The notes beneath the pieces are model-generated. The model worked only from the letters and a program-made list of their open reading frames with translations, made no database searches and was not told where the DNA came from. This document shows positions 30,178 to 40,150 of a stretch of 64,000 nt of DNA, piece after piece. The DNA comes from Acidobacteriota bacterium. GTDB lineage: Bacteria; Acidobacteriota; UBA890; WLXD01. The translations under genes and the position numbers were made by a program. The first letter of the stretch is position 1. Every line of letters starts with the position of its first letter. The stretch spans positions 2,528,001 through 2,592,000 of the forward strand of contig CBDBHB010000009.1 in the NCBI GenBank assembly GCA_965205505.1, given 5' to 3'.

Positions 30178-31674
30178 ATGACTGTTCAACGTCGTAGCCG
30201 CACGACCGAGCCGAGCGCGATGGCGATCCGCGCGGTTGCGGTTGTCGTATTTCTCTCCATGTCCACGCCGGTCTTGGCGAGCTATTGCGTCTACGTGGGC
30301 AAGAACCTCACCGCCGACGGCAGCGTCTTCCTCGGCGGATACGGCGACGAGCCCTCGAGCCATTGGTTGGAGATCGTGTCGGCACGGACTTTCGCCCCCG
30401 GCGCGATGACCCGAGTGGGTGTGACCGACCGTGCGAACTACCCCGGCGTGATGAGCGAGATACCGCAGCTGCCGCGGACGGCCAAGTACATCACCATGAA
30501 TTACTCGGAGTACGCCGGCTTCCCGGCGCCGCTCACCAATGGCGGGCTCAACGAGCACGGCGTGGCGGCGCGTGATGTGTGGTCGACGAGCCGCCAAGAG
30601 CTTCGCGACATGACGCCCAATCCGCAGACCGGGGGGCCGAACTACAGTGACCTGGCGCGTATCGTCATGGAGAGCGCGCACACGGCGCGCCACGCGGTGG
30701 AGATCGTCGGCGAGCTCATCGACCGGCACGGGTTCAGTACCTATGGCGGTAACTCCCACCTGTTCGCCGACGCCGACGAGGGATGGGTCTTCATCAATTT
30801 CGCGGGCGGGCAGGGACTTTGGGCGGCAGAGCGGCTGGGACCCGACGATATCCGCGTCTCGCGGCCCGGCTACATCCACGAGTTTCCGCTCGACTTCGAG
30901 AGCGACCCCGACTTCATGGCGTCGGACAACTTCATCAGCTTCGCGATCGAGCAGGGCTGGTACGACCCGGACTCCGGTGAGCCGTTCGACGTCACCGAGA
31001 TCTATGGTCAAGATGAGCGTCCGGGCGCGCCCACTGCGGAGCTCATCACGAAGAACCACCTCGGCGTTCACCACATCGAGGACCGGCTCCGTAACCTCGG
31101 ACGTCGCGTGACGCTCGAGGACATCATCGCCATCGTGCGCACGGGCGAGGTGACCCACGACAGCGCCGGCTACGGTCAGGTGGCGGAGCTCCGCAACGCC
31201 GAGCACCCGGAGCTGGCGGTTCTGTGGGTTGCGGCCACGACACCGGAGACAGCCCCCTTCGTCCCGTTCCGCATTGGCGTTACCGATGTCCCGCCCGAGC
31301 TCAAGTACCATCGGTACCTGAGCTCGGGGCAAGCGCGGGATGCCTACATCGATGAGGAGGTCAGGGGTCTCGAATCGACTCGCTTCGCGCTGCGCACCTA
31401 CAAACGACTCCGATACCTGATGGAAGAGCACGAGGAGAAGTTCCTCCCCGAGGTGACCGAGGCGCTGGTGGCGTTTGAAGGTCGTCTGATCGCCGAGCAG
31501 GCAGACGTGGAGCGTACTGCCTTGAAGCTCTTCGAAGCCGGCGAGTCCGAGCTGGCCCGCCGGTACCTGACCTACTACGCCGGCACCGAAGCGCTCAACG
31601 GTATGCGCCTCGGGGAGGCGCTAGCCGATGGCATCGAAGCGCGCACCAAGGCGATCTACGGAATTCGCCAGTGA
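30178..31674 (+). CDS. C69 family dipeptidase-like Ntn hydrolase, secreted
   Basis: Signal peptide then S-Y-C-VYVGKNLTADGS, GGLNEHGVA, TAR.AV...GEL. Confidence 0.75.
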   Translation: MTVQRRSRTTEPSAMAIRAVAVVVFLSMSTPVLASYCVYVGKNLTADGSVFLGGYGDEPSSHWLEIVSARTFAPGAMTRVGVTDRANYPGVMSEIPQLPRTAKYITMNYSEYAGFPAPLTNGGLNEHGVAARDVWSTSRQELRDMTPNPQTGGPNYSDLARIVMESAHTARHAVEIVGELIDRHGFSTYGGNSHLFADADEGWVFINFAGGQGLWAAERLGPDDIRVSRPGYIHEFPLDFESDPDFMASDNFISFAIEQGWYDPDSGEPFDVTEIYGQDERPGAPTAELITKNHLGVHHIEDRLRNLGRRVTLEDIIAIVRTGEVTHDSAGYGQVAELRNAEHPELAVLWVAATTPETAPFVPFRIGVTDVPPELKYHRYLSSGQARDAYIDEEVRGLESTRFALRTYKRLRYLMEEHEEKFLPEVTEALVAFEGRLIAEQADVERTALKLFEAGESELARRYLTYYAGTEALNGMRLGEALADGIEARTKAIYGIRQ

Positions 31675-31702
31675 TGTCGCCCCGCGGTTGACGCGTCGTC
31701 GA

Positions 31703-31732
31703 GGGCCGCCACACTTCCACCACGGCCTGCTG
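31703..31732. repeat. Family A terminal-repeat remnant
   Basis: GCCGCCACACTTCCACCACGGCCTGCTGG between convergent genes. Confidence 0.65.
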
Positions 31733-31778
31733 GCACATCGGCGACCAGCTCGGCAATCTTCAGCCTCCGCTAGGCTGT

Positions 31779-33848
31779 TCAGGCGCCGAGCGCTTCGGCG
31801 ACCAGCTCGGCGACGTCCCGATCCTCGATGGCCGCCTCCTGGGCTCCCAGACCGTCCTCCATCATCGTCATGCAGAACGGGCATGCTGACGCGATGGTCG
31901 CGGGCTTGTCGCTATCGGCGGCTGACAACGCGGTACGGGCCTGGGCAATGCGAATGTCGTTGACGCGTTTCCCGGGCTCTTCCTCGAACCACATGAGCCC
32001 CCCACCGGCGCCGCAACACATGCCATTCTCGCGGTTTGCCGCCATCTCAACGAGCTCGACGCCGGGAAGCCGCCGCAAGATCTCTCGGGGTGCGTCGAAG
32101 ATACGGTTGTGCCTTCCGAGGTAGCAGGAGTCGTGGTAGGTGATGACGCGGTCGGTGGGTTGCGTTAGCTCCAGGCGGCCCTGTTCGAGCAGTTCGAGGA
32201 TCAGCTCGGTGTGGTGTACGACCTCGTATTCGCCGCCGAAGTCGGGGTACTCGTTCTTCATCGTGTTGAAACAGTGAGGGCAAATGGTCAGCACTTTGTC
32301 GACGCGGTACTGCTTCATCACCTCGATGTTGGTTTCGGCATGGATCTGGTACAGATACTCGTGCCCCATGCGGCGCGCCGGATCGCCGGTGCACGACTCC
32401 TCATCGCCGAGCACGGCGAAGGACACCCCGGCAGCGTTCAGGATACGGACGATGCTGCGGGCGATCTTCTGGTTGCGCGCGTCGAAGGCGGCGGAACAGC
32501 CGACCCAGAACAGGTACTCGACGCTGTCGCCAGCGGCTGCCACATCCGCCATCGTCCGGACGTCCAGACCCCGGGCCCAATCCAGCCGCGCGCTCGGGTG
32601 CTGGTTCCACGGGTTGTTGCGTCGCTGCAGACCGGAGAATACCTCCCCATAGGTTTCCGGGTACTGGTCCTCGAGCATCACCTCGCTGCGCCTCAGCTCG
32701 AGGATCTTGCCGAGAGGATCGATCGATACAGGGCACTCCTCGACGCATGCCATGCACGAGGTACAGGCCCAGATCTCCTCGCGAGTGATGCTGTTCTCGA
32801 TGATCGGCTGGGGCGTCTGACCGGCGCCGACCAATGGCTGCTCATCGTTTAGTTGATCGCGTAGCTGCAGCACGATATCGCGCGGCGACAGTGTCTTGCC
32901 GGAAAGGTGCGCCGGGCAGCTGATGTCGCAGCGTCCACACTCGGTGCAGCTGGTGAGGTCGAGCAGGTCCTTGCGTGTCAGGTCGGCGATCGACGCATAG
33001 CCCAGTACTTCGTCGTTCTCGAACGCAGCCTCGACGTCAACGGGCAGCAATCTGCCCGCCGTTCGCAGGTCCTGCAGCAGGATGTTGATCGTTGCGCTCA
33101 GGATGTGGACGACCTTCGGGGCGAAGGGCAAGGTTGCGACGAAGCCGAGCACTACGACGGCGTGGAACCACCACAGGGTGCGGTGCAGCGTGAGGAGGGT
33201 CTCGGGACCCACGCTGGCGGCGATCAAGGAGATCGCGAACCCGACCGGCGACCACCGAGGGTCGTAGGCGAGCTCACCGCTGGTGGCGGCAAGTCGCGTA
33301 CCTTCGACGACGAACCCCGTGGCGGCGATCAGCAACAACCCGAGCGGCAGCAACAGGTCGCTAGTGCTCCAACGCAGCTCCGGGTTGCCCGGGCCGTAGC
33401 GACGTATCAGCGCGAGAACCAGCCCGATGATGAACACTGCGCCCAGGGCGTCGAGCACTAGCTCGTAGCCCAGGAAGAAACCCCCGGTCCAGAAGCCGTG
33501 CTCGCGCTGCAAGAGCTTCTGGAACACGTCGTATTCGAGCGCCACGATGATCGTGCCGACAAACAGGGTGACGAACCCCCACATGATCGCCAGGTGCATT
33601 ACGCCGGCGCTGCGATCGGAGCGTGCGATGGTGCGATTCGTGGCAACCGTTGCCAGAGTCCGGGCGAGGTGCCCCAGCAAGCGTCCGGGTGGAAGCGCGA
33701 CGCTCTTGCCGCGCAGTATGCGCCGCACATGCAAGGCCAATCCGCCTACGAAGATCGCCGATGCCAAGAACGCCAGCGCAAGAAAAACCAACTCCGCCGC
33801 TCCGGAGATATTCCAGAAGACTTCGCGGGTTACAAGGTCATCAGACAA
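31779..33848 (-). CDS. Membrane Fe-S oxidoreductase (FadF/HdrD-like: NarI-type TM, 2x[4Fe-4S], CCG domains)
   Basis: CTECGRCDISCP, CTSCMACVEECP, ESCTGD, CPHC, YHDSCYLGRHN, CCGAGGG, ACPFC. Confidence 0.9.
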   Translation of the reverse strand: MSDDLVTREVFWNISGAAELVFLALAFLASAIFVGGLALHVRRILRGKSVALPPGRLLGHLARTLATVATNRTIARSDRSAGVMHLAIMWGFVTLFVGTIIVALEYDVFQKLLQREHGFWTGGFFLGYELVLDALGAVFIIGLVLALIRRYGPGNPELRWSTSDLLLPLGLLLIAATGFVVEGTRLAATSGELAYDPRWSPVGFAISLIAASVGPETLLTLHRTLWWFHAVVVLGFVATLPFAPKVVHILSATINILLQDLRTAGRLLPVDVEAAFENDEVLGYASIADLTRKDLLDLTSCTECGRCDISCPAHLSGKTLSPRDIVLQLRDQLNDEQPLVGAGQTPQPIIENSITREEIWACTSCMACVEECPVSIDPLGKILELRRSEVMLEDQYPETYGEVFSGLQRRNNPWNQHPSARLDWARGLDVRTMADVAAAGDSVEYLFWVGCSAAFDARNQKIARSIVRILNAAGVSFAVLGDEESCTGDPARRMGHEYLYQIHAETNIEVMKQYRVDKVLTICPHCFNTMKNEYPDFGGEYEVVHHTELILELLEQGRLELTQPTDRVITYHDSCYLGRHNRIFDAPREILRRLPGVELVEMAANRENGMCCGAGGGLMWFEEEPGKRVNDIRIAQARTALSAADSDKPATIASACPFCMTMMEDGLGAQEAAIEDRDVAELVAEALGA

Positions 33849-33948
33849 GGTCGCGCCGGGATCCTCGCATGAGCTTCACGACTGAGCTATTCGCGGCGGT
33901 CCAAGGGTATAGGATGCGCGGATCAAGTCGAGAGATGAGGTGGGGCTT

Positions 33949-33975
33949 CCGAGCCCGAGCCCGAGCCCGAGCCCG
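33949..33975. repeat. (CCGAGC)x4.5 simple sequence repeat in a divergent intergenic region
   Basis: Direct read of sequence. Confidence 0.8.
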
Positions 33976-34026
33976 GGACGGTGGCGGCCAACGCCAGCAG
34001 GACGCCAGAATACGAAGGAGCGATCG

Positions 34027-36543
34027 GTGAGTGAGCTACCCAAGCACGCCAAGGTCGTTGTTGTCGGCGCCGGCATCGTCGGAAACAGCATGGCCTGGCA
34101 CCTGGCCCGACTGGGCTGGCGCGACATCGTGCAGATCGACAAGGGGCCGCTGCCCAATCCGGGTGGCTCGACCGGTCATGCGTCGAATTTCGTCTACCCG
34201 ATGGACCACTCCAAGGTGATGACGGAGATCACCGCCGACAGCACGTGCCAGTACGAAGATATGGGCGTGTTCCGCGAGAGCGGGGGCCTCGAGGTGGCGC
34301 GCGACGAGAAGCACCTGATCGAGCTCCGCCGCCGACTACAGTCGGCCAAGTGCTGGGGCGTCGAGGCCGAGCTTCTGACCCCCGATGAAACGCTCAAGCT
34401 GTTCCCGTGGATCGATCGGGACGTCATTCTGGGGTCGTACTGGAGCCCAACCGTCGGTGTCGTCGACTCGCTACGTGCCGGAACCATCATGCGGGAGCGT
34501 GCACAGGAGCTCGCGGCGTTGAGCGTGTTTCCCAGCACGGAGATCCTGGGCATCGATGTGGAGAACGGTAGGGTAAAGGGTGTGCGCACCTCGCGCGGTG
34601 ACATGACCGCCGAGTACGTTGTCGTTGCCTGCGGTGTGTGGAGCCCGCGCATTGCGGCAATGGCGGGCGCGACGATCCCGCTGACGCCGATCATCCACCA
34701 GATGATCGACGTCGGACCGATCGAGGCTTTCGAGGGTGCCGAGAGCGAGATCGAGTACCCGATCATCCGCGACATGAGCGTCTTCATGTATGAACGCCAG
34801 GCGGGGAACAACCTGGAGATCGGCTCGTACGCGCATCGGCCGATCATCCACGACGCGGATGACATCCCGTCCAACGACGAGGCGGCGCTGTCGCCCACCG
34901 AGATGCCGTTCACGGGCCAGGACTTCGATCCGCAGCTGGCTCATGCGATCGAGCTGCTACCGGAGCTACTGGATCGCGACGATGTCGAGATCCAGTACGC
35001 CATCAACGGGTTGCTATCGCTTACGCCTGACGGTGAGCCGGTGCTCGGTGAGACGGTCGAGGTGAAGAACCTCTGGTCGGCCGCCGCTGTCTGGATCAAG
35101 GAGGGACCTGGGGTCGGGCGCATGATCGCCGAATGGATGGTCGACGGCCAGCCGGAGATCGACCCCCACGAGCTCGACATTTCACGCCTCTACCCGTTCG
35201 CGCGCACGAACACGCATGTGGTGGCGCGAGCCTGTGAGAGCTTCAACAAGATCTACGGTGTGGTGCACCCGATGGAGCAGTGGGAGTCGTCGCGGCGAGT
35301 CCGCTGCAGCCCTTTCTACACTCAGCAAGAGTCCCAGGACGCGGTGTTTTACGAAACGGCGGGTTGGGAGCGCCCGCACTGGTACGACTCCAACCGAATC
35401 CTGCTCGAGGAGTACCAGGAGCGCATACCCGATCGCCCGAACGAATGGGACGCGCGTTGGTGGTCGCCGATCATCAATGCCGAGCACCTGGCGATGCGCG
35501 ATCGCGCCGCGATGGTCGATCTGTCGGCGCTGGCGATCTTCGACGTTTCCGGCCCGGGCGCTCTGAACTACGTTCAGAAGATGGCTGTAAACCAGATGGA
35601 CGTGGCGGTTGGCAGGGCCGTCTACACGCCACTGCTGCACCGCAACGGTGGCTTCAAGTCTGACCTGACCATCATGCGCACCGGTGCTGAGTCGTTTCGC
35701 GTGGTGTCTGGTGGTGCTGACGGAAGCCGGGACGAGAAGTGGCTCCGGGTCAACCTGCCGGACGACGGGTCGACGCACTTCGACAACCGCTCGTCGGCGC
35801 TTTGTACGCTGGGGCTCTGGGGGCCGCGCGCGCGCGACATCCTGCAATCGCTCACCCGCAACGACGTCTCGCACGAGGCCTTCCCGTTCGGCACCGCACA
35901 GCAGATCGTCCTCGATCGTGTGCCTGTATGGGCCCTGCGTATCTCCTATGTCGGCGAGCTCGGCTGGGAGCTATACATGCCGATGGAGAACGGGCGTTAC
36001 GTCTGGGATCTGCTGTCGGAAGCGGGGCGACCGAGTGGCCTGATTCCCGCAGGTATCGGCGTGTATGGCACCACCGGCCGGTTGGAGAAGGGGTACCGGC
36101 TGTTCGGCGCCGAGCTGGAGGGCGACACCAATCCGGTCGAGGCTGGTCTTGCACGCAAGACGGTCAAGGAGCAGGACTTCGTTGGCAAGGAGGCCTACGC
36201 GCAAGCGCTCGAGAGTGAGCCGGCGGCGATACTGTGCACCCTGACCGTCGACGACCACACATCGTCATCGGGCGAAGCGCGCTTCATGCTCGGTCGCGAG
36301 CCGGTGCTGACCAAGGATGGCAAGCGGATCGTCGATGCGCGCGGCCGTGGCTCATACACAACGAGCGCCGGCGCCGGGCCGTCGGTGGGGAAGTACCTGC
36401 TGATGGCGTATCTGCCTCCGGAGCACGCGCAAGAAGGTACCGAGCTACTGGTGGAGTACTTCGCCGAGCAGTATCCGGTGACGGTCGCCGTCGCAGGCAG
36501 CAAGCCGCTTTTCGATCCCGGCAACGAGCGCATGCGGAAATGA
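34027..36543 (+). CDS. GcvT-family FAD oxidoreductase (dimethylglycine/sarcosine dehydrogenase-like)
   Basis: VVGAGIVG, GSTGHA, TPDGEP.LG, GWERP, RISYVGELGWE, RLEKGY; AAGGAG RBS. Confidence 0.88.
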   Translation: MSELPKHAKVVVVGAGIVGNSMAWHLARLGWRDIVQIDKGPLPNPGGSTGHASNFVYPMDHSKVMTEITADSTCQYEDMGVFRESGGLEVARDEKHLIELRRRLQSAKCWGVEAELLTPDETLKLFPWIDRDVILGSYWSPTVGVVDSLRAGTIMRERAQELAALSVFPSTEILGIDVENGRVKGVRTSRGDMTAEYVVVACGVWSPRIAAMAGATIPLTPIIHQMIDVGPIEAFEGAESEIEYPIIRDMSVFMYERQAGNNLEIGSYAHRPIIHDADDIPSNDEAALSPTEMPFTGQDFDPQLAHAIELLPELLDRDDVEIQYAINGLLSLTPDGEPVLGETVEVKNLWSAAAVWIKEGPGVGRMIAEWMVDGQPEIDPHELDISRLYPFARTNTHVVARACESFNKIYGVVHPMEQWESSRRVRCSPFYTQQESQDAVFYETAGWERPHWYDSNRILLEEYQERIPDRPNEWDARWWSPIINAEHLAMRDRAAMVDLSALAIFDVSGPGALNYVQKMAVNQMDVAVGRAVYTPLLHRNGGFKSDLTIMRTGAESFRVVSGGADGSRDEKWLRVNLPDDGSTHFDNRSSALCTLGLWGPRARDILQSLTRNDVSHEAFPFGTAQQIVLDRVPVWALRISYVGELGWELYMPMENGRYVWDLLSEAGRPSGLIPAGIGVYGTTGRLEKGYRLFGAELEGDTNPVEAGLARKTVKEQDFVGKEAYAQALESEPAAILCTLTVDDHTSSSGEARFMLGREPVLTKDGKRIVDARGRGSYTTSAGAGPSVGKYLLMAYLPPEHAQEGTELLVEYFAEQYPVTVAVAGSKPLFDPGNERMRK

Positions 36544-37307
36544 ACATCCTCGTTTGCGTCAAGCGTGTCCCGGACACGGGAGCCAAGCTGCGGCTCACCG
36601 AGGACGAGCGCGCCGTGGATACGAGGCGGCTGGGATTTACCATCAGCCCGCACGAGGAGTGCGCCGTAGAGGAAGCGGTGCAGATCATCGAGCGCGAGGG
36701 CGGCGAGGGCGTGGTGCTCACGCTCGGTCCAGGGGAGGCCGAAGAGCAGCTGCGCGACTCGATGGCCCGAGGCATGGATCGCGCCATCCTGTTGGAGATC
36801 GATGGCGAGGAGTGGGACCCGCAGCGCACCGCCGACGCCATCGTCGAATCGGTGCGCCGGGAGGCCGATGCCGGTCATCACTACGACTTGATCATGTTCG
36901 GCAACGAATCTGCCGACAGCGGGGACTTTCAGATCGGCATTCGGGTGGCCCATGCACTGGACCTACCTTGTGTTACCGGCGTCAAGGACATCGACATTCA
37001 CGGCGGTGCGCTGGAGGCACGGCGTGAGATCGCTGCTGGATGGGAGGTTTACGAAGTGCAGATGCCGGCCGTCCTCACCACCAAAGAGGGCCTGAACCTG
37101 CCGCGACATCCATCCTTGCGCGGCACGATGGGAGCCAAGAAGAAACCGCTCGATCGGAGCTCGCCATCGCACAGCGAGGGTGGCCTACGTCTGCAGCGCG
37201 TCGTCCACCCGCCGGATCAGGGAAAGGAAGTCGAGATCCTGGGTGAGGGGCCGGCGGCGGCACCGCGCATAGTCGAGCTGCTCGAAAAACTGGAGTTGCT
37301 CGGATGA
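36540..37307 (+). CDS. etfB: Electron transfer flavoprotein beta subunit
   Basis: MNILVCVKRVPD, E.AVEEAV, GNESAD, PR.PSLRG.M.AKKKP; ATGA overlap. Confidence 0.93.
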   Translation: MNILVCVKRVPDTGAKLRLTEDERAVDTRRLGFTISPHEECAVEEAVQIIEREGGEGVVLTLGPGEAEEQLRDSMARGMDRAILLEIDGEEWDPQRTADAIVESVRREADAGHHYDLIMFGNESADSGDFQIGIRVAHALDLPCVTGVKDIDIHGGALEARREIAAGWEVYEVQMPAVLTTKEGLNLPRHPSLRGTMGAKKKPLDRSSPSHSEGGLRLQRVVHPPDQGKEVEILGEGPAAAPRIVELLEKLELLG

Positions 37308-38269
37308 TTCTGGGGATCATCGAGCACGACCGTGGGGTGATCGAGGCGACCTCTCTGCAAATGCTCACCCTGGGGCGCGGCCTCGCCGAGCAAACGGGAA
37401 CCTCGCTCGAGGCAGCGCTGATCGGTGACGACTCCGCATTGCTGGAGGAGACCATCAAGCCGTTCGGGATGGCGGCGATCCACCGGGTTACCCATCCGCA
37501 GCTGGATGACTACGCGCCGGCGGCATGGGCGGAGGCGGCGATTCAGCTGGGGCGCGCTCGCGGGGCGCAGGCGATCCTGGCGCCGGGGTCAGACCGCGGC
37601 AACGAGATTCTCGCGCATGTGGCGGCCAAGACCGGGCTGGCCATGGCGGCGAACTGCGCGCAGGTGGAGGCCGGGGATGTGTACCGGGTGGTCCGATTGC
37701 GCTGGGGCAGTAGCTTGCTGGAGGAGGCCGAGCTTAGCGGTGCGATCAAGCTCTTGAGCGTCGCGCCGCATACCGTCGAGGCGACCGAGGCTCGCTGCGA
37801 CAACGTGACCGTGGAAGATTTCGAGCCGGTGCTCTCGGAGGCCGACCTCAGGGTCAAGGTGACACGGCGCGACGAGACGGCGAGTTCCGGCGTTACGTTG
37901 AAGACCGCCCGGGTGGTTATCGGCGGCGGTCGCGGGGTCGGCAGCGCCGAAGGGTTCGCTGTTCTGGAAGACCTGGCCACGGTCCTAGGAGGAATTGTCG
38001 GCGGCTCGCGCGTAGCCACAAATAACGGCTGGCGGCCGCATACGAATCAGGTCGGACTGACCGGTACCCGCATTGCGCCGCAACTGTACATTGCCTGCGG
38101 CATCAGCGGCGCTATCCAGCACCTGGTGGGCTGCAAGGGTGCCAAGCACATCTTGGTGATCAACACCGATCGCGAAGCGCCCTTCTTTTCCAAGGCGGAC
38201 TACGGCGTCGTCGGCGACCTGCACGAAGTGGTCCCGGCGCTGGTGGCCGAGGTCAAGAAGCGCGGCTAG
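37304..38269 (+). CDS. etfA: Electron transfer flavoprotein alpha subunit
   Basis: GGGRGVG, GGSR, QVGLTG, LYIACGISGAIQH..G, INTD..AP.F..ADYG. Confidence 0.94.
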   Translation: MILGIIEHDRGVIEATSLQMLTLGRGLAEQTGTSLEAALIGDDSALLEETIKPFGMAAIHRVTHPQLDDYAPAAWAEAAIQLGRARGAQAILAPGSDRGNEILAHVAAKTGLAMAANCAQVEAGDVYRVVRLRWGSSLLEEAELSGAIKLLSVAPHTVEATEARCDNVTVEDFEPVLSEADLRVKVTRRDETASSGVTLKTARVVIGGGRGVGSAEGFAVLEDLATVLGGIVGGSRVATNNGWRPHTNQVGLTGTRIAPQLYIACGISGAIQHLVGCKGAKHILVINTDREAPFFSKADYGVVGDLHEVVPALVAEVKKRG

Positions 38270-38421
38270 TGCTCCTGCCCTCCGGGTGGCCGCGGGACCG
38301 GCCACCTTGGGCGTCGCGGCGCCTCGACGATACACCCAGCATCGCCCTCGTCGCCGCTCCTACAATTCGCGCCGGTCGCGCGCGCCACAAACGTCACCGT
38401 ACTTATGATCAGGAGCACTAG
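38266..38421. mobile_element. 156-bp miniature inverted-repeat element (family B-related)
   Basis: Terminal IR CTAGTGCTCCTG ... CAGGAGCACTAG; begins on the etfA stop codon. Confidence 0.7.
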
Positions 38422-38476
38422 TGTCCTGTAGTCAGGACACTAACCGGCCATGGTGGAAACGTGGCAGGCCTGCTAG
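38418..38476. repeat. Collapsed family B ends plus family A-like end
   Basis: CTAGTGTCCTG-TAGT-CAGGACACTAA hairpin, then ...GGCCTGCTAG whose CTA is the mttB stop. Confidence 0.6.
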
Positions 38477-40014
38477 ACGAAGGCGTCGGGCATCGACGCC
38501 TTGCGGCGCGCGATGAAATCCAGCAGCTCCTCGTCGACCGCCTCATCGATTGGTGGCGGCTCGTACGAGGCCAATTGCTCCTTCCAGAGGATATTGGCCC
38601 GCTGCACTGCGGTTGTGCTGCCGTCCTCCTCCCACTGCTCGAAGCTGGAGTTGTCGGCCACCGACGAGCGATAGAAGGCTTGCTCGAAGTTCGCCAGCGT
38701 GTGGGCTGTGCCGAGGAAATGCTGTCCGGGCTCGTTTTCGCGAATCGCGTCGAGCGCCTGACCATTGTCGGAGAGGTCGATCCCCTTGGCGAAGACCTGC
38801 ATCATGCCGAGTTGATCGGCATCCATGACGAATTTCTCGTAGCCGACCGTAAGGCCGCCCTCCAACCAGCCGGCCGCGTGCATGACGAAATTCACTCCCG
38901 CCATCAGCGTTGGAATCAGTGTTGCCTGGCTCTCGTAGGCTGCCTGGGCGTCGGCCGTCTTGGACGCCGTGAGAGCCCCGCCGGAACGGAACGGTACACC
39001 GAGCCGTCGCGACAAGGCGGCAACGGCGTAAAGCGTCAAAGCGGCCTCCGGCGTACCGAACGTCGGGGCGCCGGTCTGCATCGACATCGAGCTGGCGAAC
39101 GAGCCGAAGATCACCGGAGCGCCGGGCCGGACGAGTTGGACGAAGGTCATGCCGGCCAGCGCTTCCGCCAGGGTCTGAGCCGCGACACCCGCGGCGGTCA
39201 CCGGGCCCATCGCACCGGCGAGTATGAACGGCGTGATCAGGTTGGCCTGATTGTGTTGCGCGTACACCTCCATCGCCGCCAGCATCGAAGCGTCCCATAC
39301 GAGGGGAGACGAGGCGTTGACCAGGCTGGTCATCACCGTACGGTCGCCGAGATCGCCGCCGAAGGCGATGCGAGCTAGCTCGAAGCTGTCCTCGGCGCGC
39401 TCTCCGGCTGTCACCGAGCCCATGAACGGCTTGTCGCTGTAGCGGATATGCGCATACACCATGTCGAGATGACGCTTGTTGACCGGCACATCGACCGGCT
39501 CGCAGACCGTCCCACCCGAGTGATGGAGGTAGGGCGATAAGTACGCCAGCTTCACGAGGTTCTGGAAGTCCTCGATTGTGCCGTAGCGCCGGCCGCGATC
39601 GAGATCGGTCACAAACGGTGAGCCGTAGTTGGGAACGAACACCGTGCCGTCACCGCCGATGGTGACGCTGCGCGCCGCGTTGCGGGCGTGCTGAACATAG
39701 GTTCTGGGGGCGTTCGAGCTGACGATCTGACGACACATGCCGGACGGGAAGCGGACACGCTCGCCATCGATGTCGGCTCCCGCCTTGCCCAGCAGCTCCA
39801 GTGCACGAGGGTAGTCGCGAAACTCGATGCCGACCTCCTGGAGGATCGTGTCGGCGTTGCGCTCGATGATCTCGAGGCCCTCGTCGCCGACCAGATCGAC
39901 TGGGGCGAGCGCGCGCGTGAGGAAGGGTGCTGTGGCCGGGGTCGCCGCTGCCCGGGCCTCCTTGCGGGCCTCACGCCCGCCACCGCGCCGCCTGCGAGTG
40001 CGCCTGTCGGTCAA
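38473..40014 (-). CDS. Trimethylamine methyltransferase family protein, non-pyrrolysine (MtgB-like)
   Basis: NYGSPF, HHSGG.VCEP.D, SDKPFMG, N.SSPL.WD, GAMGP, GAPTFGTPE, RSGGALTASK, HAAGWLEGG; no internal TAG; TTG start after GGAGGA. Confidence 0.9.
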   Translation of the reverse strand: MTDRRTRRRRGGGREARKEARAAATPATAPFLTRALAPVDLVGDEGLEIIERNADTILQEVGIEFRDYPRALELLGKAGADIDGERVRFPSGMCRQIVSSNAPRTYVQHARNAARSVTIGGDGTVFVPNYGSPFVTDLDRGRRYGTIEDFQNLVKLAYLSPYLHHSGGTVCEPVDVPVNKRHLDMVYAHIRYSDKPFMGSVTAGERAEDSFELARIAFGGDLGDRTVMTSLVNASSPLVWDASMLAAMEVYAQHNQANLITPFILAGAMGPVTAAGVAAQTLAEALAGMTFVQLVRPGAPVIFGSFASSMSMQTGAPTFGTPEAALTLYAVAALSRRLGVPFRSGGALTASKTADAQAAYESQATLIPTLMAGVNFVMHAAGWLEGGLTVGYEKFVMDADQLGMMQVFAKGIDLSDNGQALDAIRENEPGQHFLGTAHTLANFEQAFYRSSVADNSSFEQWEEDGSTTAVQRANILWKEQLASYEPPPIDEAVDEELLDFIARRKASMPDAFV

Positions 40015-40150
40015 GCTGTTCCTCCCGGTGCGGACACCACGAGTTACCGGCCCACTAGTTCCGAAGCCGGCGGCTACACTGGGCCGTGCGCGGATTGTAG
40101 CCTGCGCGGGCAACCTATCAAGCTAGTGGTGTATTGGAGAACGCGAATCG

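Noticed and set aside
30052-31431. Long antisense and alternate-frame ORFs (for example 459 aa here, 24..956, 2054..3040)
   Set aside because: These are shadow ORFs typical of high-GC coding DNA, opposite well-supported genes.
26454-33848. Selenoprotein (in-frame TGA) among the oxidoreductases
   Set aside because: The ORFs are full length with Cys in the motifs; no TGA-split pairs were seen.
38473-40014. Pyrrolysine-containing MttB
   Set aside because: The ORF has no internal TAG; SGGALT occupies the Pyl region; no pyl genes are in the window.
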